Assembly (NCBI GenBank): GCA_977017575.1
Contig: CDRNVI010000070.1
Coordinates: forward strand, 1 to 64,000
Length of the DNA stretch: 64,000 bases
Source of the DNA: Paramoeba atlantica
Taxonomy: Eukaryota; Protista; Discosea
Direction: 5' to 3'
The notes beneath the pieces were generated by a model. That model did not search any database. It saw only the letters and a list, made by a program, of their open reading frames with translations, and was not told where the DNA came from. The translations under genes were made by a program, and so were the position numbers. Below, piece after piece: positions 61,081-64,000 of the stretch; within the stretch, counting starts at the first letter, position 1; every line of letters begins with the position of its first letter.

Positions 61081-63174
61081 ATGTCAATCGCCACAGTTCC
61101 TCGCATCAAGTACTCCTACGACGAGCTCCAACGTATTCGTCTGCGCGTACGGTCACTACTTGACCTCCAAAGCGGAACCTCCCCGTCCTTCCTCTCTAGC
61201 GGTTTCACTCGCCCGGATCGCCCATCCCGCGTGGAGACTCGATCCCACGTCATCCCCCCACGGTCTCACCTTGACACCGTTCACGACCAAACCCCCACCA
61301 TTCCCGAGCACATCCTCTCAACACACAAAATTCTCCACACCACGACACGTAAAACCACCGAAAAATACCCCGCCGAATTCACCTCCCCCTTCCTCCCCCC
61401 TTCCTCCCACCCCTCCTCAACGATCCGCCGCACGGACACCCTCATCAGCACCGACGAACGACACCAGCTTCAACAACTCCGAGAAAAGATCCGTACCCAC
61501 GCCACAGTGCGTACCCCATCCGGACCTGTCCCCGTTATTACCTCTACGCCCCCATCCCATCCCAGTGGCACTACCACCCCCCGTCCTCCCCCTCCCCCCT
61601 CCTCTACCTCTCTCCCTACCCACCCCCCCACGCTGTACAACAAACCCCCCGCACAACATCAACCACAACAACAGCAACAACAGCAACCCCAACAAACTCA
61701 ACAGAAACGCCTAACCTCACAGCAACAACAGCAACAGCAACAACAGCAACAGCAACAACTGCACCCTCTCCCCCCTCACGACTACCCCCCACACCTCCCC
61801 CCCTCACTCCCTACCTCCCACACCCCTACCTACAGTACAGCCCTACACACCCAGCTCTCCCAGCTCTCCCAGCTCTCCCAGCTCTCTCCAGTAGCCACAA
61901 CCACAACAACTACTACTACTACTACTACTACGACAACAGCAGCAGCAGCAGCAGCAACCACTACGACGGCTACTCCCCGCATGCCCGGCGCCCCTCTCCT
62001 TCCCGGGGTCTCCTTCCCGCACGGCCACGTCGGGGGGAACCGGTGGCTGACGGCTGCGGCGTACCGCGTGCTGGAGCGTGCGTGCGGGACGGGGTGGCGC
62101 GCGGCCTGGGGGTGCGGGCCGCGGTACTCCCCCGTGGTGGTGCCGGTGCCGTATGCGGTGGGGGAGGGGGAGGGGGAGGGTACGGGGGGAGGGGGAGGAA
62201 AAACGGGGCAGGGGGTGGGAAACAAGATCAAGACAGGGGAAGGAGGGGGGTTAGAGGGGAGGGAGGAGAAAAAAGGAAAAAAGGGAAAGGGGAAGGGAAA
62301 GAAGGGGAAAGGTGCGGTGGAGGGACGGGAGAGCGATCCCGCGAGTTGTGTGGGGGAGGATGTTTCGAGGTTTGCGCGTGGGGCGTATATGTATGACCCG
62401 TGGGCGAATGAGATTGGGTATGTGCCGTGGGTGAATCCGATGACAATGTATCACTACCCTCGACGATATGCGCCCTATCTTGAGGATAGGGAAGACACGC
62501 AGGACATTTTGAAATTCGCGTTGAAGTACGACAACGGCCGGTTCTGTTATGCGGATCAAAGGACAAAGAAAAGCAGTACCTCTGTGAAAAAGATAACGAA
62601 GGAAACAGCGACACGAATCACAAGGAAAACAGATGAGAAGCAGAAACCCACTCCTCGCTCGCTGAAGAAGAAAGAAAAGACGAATCTGACGCTCCAGCAA
62701 AAGAAAGCTCATGCGATGACGCTCAAAGATGAAAGTTTCGCATCAGAAAACACGTCTCCCGACCCTGCTTACACAAAGTCAAAGGATGTCTCAGTCGGAG
62801 ACTCGAGTACAGCCATGATGAATTCGAAAGAGGGGTCTTTAAGTGAACAAGACGCATTGGTTTGCTCTCGCAAGAAAGCTCTTACGCCCGTGATGCGTTC
62901 AAAAGCTTACGTCGTGTGGTTACATGTCATGAATCATCCTAAGCCTCCTTTTCAGCATTCTTATCTTCGAGATGTCAACGATGAAACGGAAGAGCAAGAA
63001 CTCTTCAAACTCGTTCATGAGATACCACAGAGGCCCGATCCAGAAAATACTTTGGTTGAAAAACCAACCTACAACTTGAATCTTCGACAGTGGAAGAAAT
63101 CATTACGCAAGCTTCAGCCGTTCATTGCCAGTAAGCCGCAAAAGGCTTCTGACGATTTGGAGATTAAAACATAA
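61081..63174 (+). CDS. Low-complexity protein with C-terminal SLBP-like RNA-binding domain
   Basis: PolyQ, polyT and Gly-rich tracts. SRKKALTPVMRSKAYVVWL...IPQRPDP...YNLNLRQWKKSLRKL parallels the SLBP RNA-binding pattern (RQKQI...Y..Y...P.TP...W...IK.W+.AL). Confidence 0.55.
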   Translation: MSIATVPRIKYSYDELQRIRLRVRSLLDLQSGTSPSFLSSGFTRPDRPSRVETRSHVIPPRSHLDTVHDQTPTIPEHILSTHKILHTTTRKTTEKYPAEFTSPFLPPSSHPSSTIRRTDTLISTDERHQLQQLREKIRTHATVRTPSGPVPVITSTPPSHPSGTTTPRPPPPPSSTSLPTHPPTLYNKPPAQHQPQQQQQQQPQQTQQKRLTSQQQQQQQQQQQQQLHPLPPHDYPPHLPPSLPTSHTPTYSTALHTQLSQLSQLSQLSPVATTTTTTTTTTTTTTAAAAAATTTTATPRMPGAPLLPGVSFPHGHVGGNRWLTAAAYRVLERACGTGWRAAWGCGPRYSPVVVPVPYAVGEGEGEGTGGGGGKTGQGVGNKIKTGEGGGLEGREEKKGKKGKGKGKKGKGAVEGRESDPASCVGEDVSRFARGAYMYDPWANEIGYVPWVNPMTMYHYPRRYAPYLEDREDTQDILKFALKYDNGRFCYADQRTKKSSTSVKKITKETATRITRKTDEKQKPTPRSLKKKEKTNLTLQQKKAHAMTLKDESFASENTSPDPAYTKSKDVSVGDSSTAMMNSKEGSLSEQDALVCSRKKALTPVMRSKAYVVWLHVMNHPKPPFQHSYLRDVNDETEEQELFKLVHEIPQRPDPENTLVEKPTYNLNLRQWKKSLRKLQPFIASKPQKASDDLEIKT

Positions 63175-63560
63175 AAACTGTGAGTGAGAGGTAAACGTTC
63201 TGTTAGTGCATATTCAATTTTAAGATTGGACTTCTGTGAAGAGAGGAAAAAACAACATTTTTATTCGTGGAAAAATAACTTATTAATGAGAGACTTTCAC
63301 AAAGAGAAACTTATCTGAATGTTGTAAAGTGCTGTGCATTCATTGTTTTAATCGCATAATTTCTGTTCAATATTAGTTAAGTAGGAATCACTACCATCTT
63401 GACAAGCTAAAAACACACCATTGCTGTACATTCTATAGAGTATTACTTTTTCCCTAGTATTAGTGGATTGTTTACTACTCTAATAGATACCGTACATAAG
63501 AATCTTAAAGAGCTATAAATTGCACTTTCTGACACATTGCAGGTTTAAGATTTAAGATCC

Positions 63561-64000
63561 ATGTCCGACTTTTCCAGCAAAAAGCACGTGTACTATTTCG
63601 GTAATGGCAAAGCCGAGGGTGACAAAAGCATGAAACACCTCCTCGGGGGTAAAGGGGCGAACTTACAAGAGATGGTTAACATGGGCATTCCGGTTCCCTC
63701 CGGCTTTACAATCACCACCGAAACTTGCAAAGTTCATGAACAAACTCAAGGAAAACTCACCGATGCTATCCGAAAAGAAATCGTCGATGCGGTACGTCGA
63801 ATGGAGAATGAACTAGGGCGCAAATTTGGAGGAGCAGAACTTCCCCTTCTGGTATCTGTGCGCTCGGGTGCTGCTGCAAGTATGCCCGGCATGATGGATA
63901 CTGTACTCAATCTTGGGCTAAATGACGCGAATGTGATTGGCTTTGCGAAAGCGACAAAAAACGAGCATTTCGTGTATGACAGCTTTCGTCGATTTATCGT
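63561..64000 (+). CDS. PPDK: Pyruvate phosphate dikinase, 5' part (runs off the window)
   Basis: KHVYYFG...LLGGKGANLQEM...PVPSGFTITTE...PLLVSVRSGAAASMPGMMDTVLNLGLN. Confidence 0.96.
   Translation, partial: MSDFSSKKHVYYFGNGKAEGDKSMKHLLGGKGANLQEMVNMGIPVPSGFTITTETCKVHEQTQGKLTDAIRKEIVDAVRRMENELGRKFGGAELPLLVSVRSGAAASMPGMMDTVLNLGLNDANVIGFAKATKNEHFVYDSFRRFI

Noticed and set aside
1-64000. tRNA, 5S or other rRNA genes
   Set aside because: No T-loop/D-loop cloverleaf or rRNA signature was recognised by eye. tRNAscan-SE or Infernal would be needed to exclude them.

Overview
Eukaryotic, intron-less and gene-dense DNA. All of the roughly 28 recognisable host genes lie on the + strand, several have a polypyrimidine tract plus AG just before the ATG, and some begin with M(L)RR-type mitochondrial presequences. 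This is the layout of a kinetoplastid polycistronic transcription unit. The many DNA transposons and the plant-type LRR paralogues point to an early-branching kinetoplastid, possibly Perkinsela-like (inference, not checked against a database). Host genes include EngA/Der, RPL35, a UBX protein, Sm/LSm and LSM12-like proteins, a large TPR protein, SLY1, a cereblon-like CULT protein, eIF3b, PEN-2, p24, SAC3/GANP, pyridoxal kinase, a CID protein, a WD40 protein, AFG1, PABP, a DnaJ protein, Timeless-like, SLBP-like and the 5' part of PPDK. They are interrupted by transposon-rich islands at about 1-8.7, 12-16.5, 27-32 and 38.3-41 kb. These islands hold pogo, Tc1/mariner, hAT and Merlin elements, many TA-flanked MITEs, two RLE-type non-LTR retrotransposon remnants and a DIRS/VIPER-like RNase H scrap. 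Two observations stand out. First, eight GC-rich islands inside genes switch the + strand from strongly C-rich to strongly G-rich, including at synonymous codon positions. Second, two dispersed spliced-leader (SL) RNA-like sequences keep the donor-spanning stem and a covarying hairpin, and each lies on the same strand as a nearby RLE retrotransposon remnant. No tRNA, rRNA or CRISPR array could be supported.
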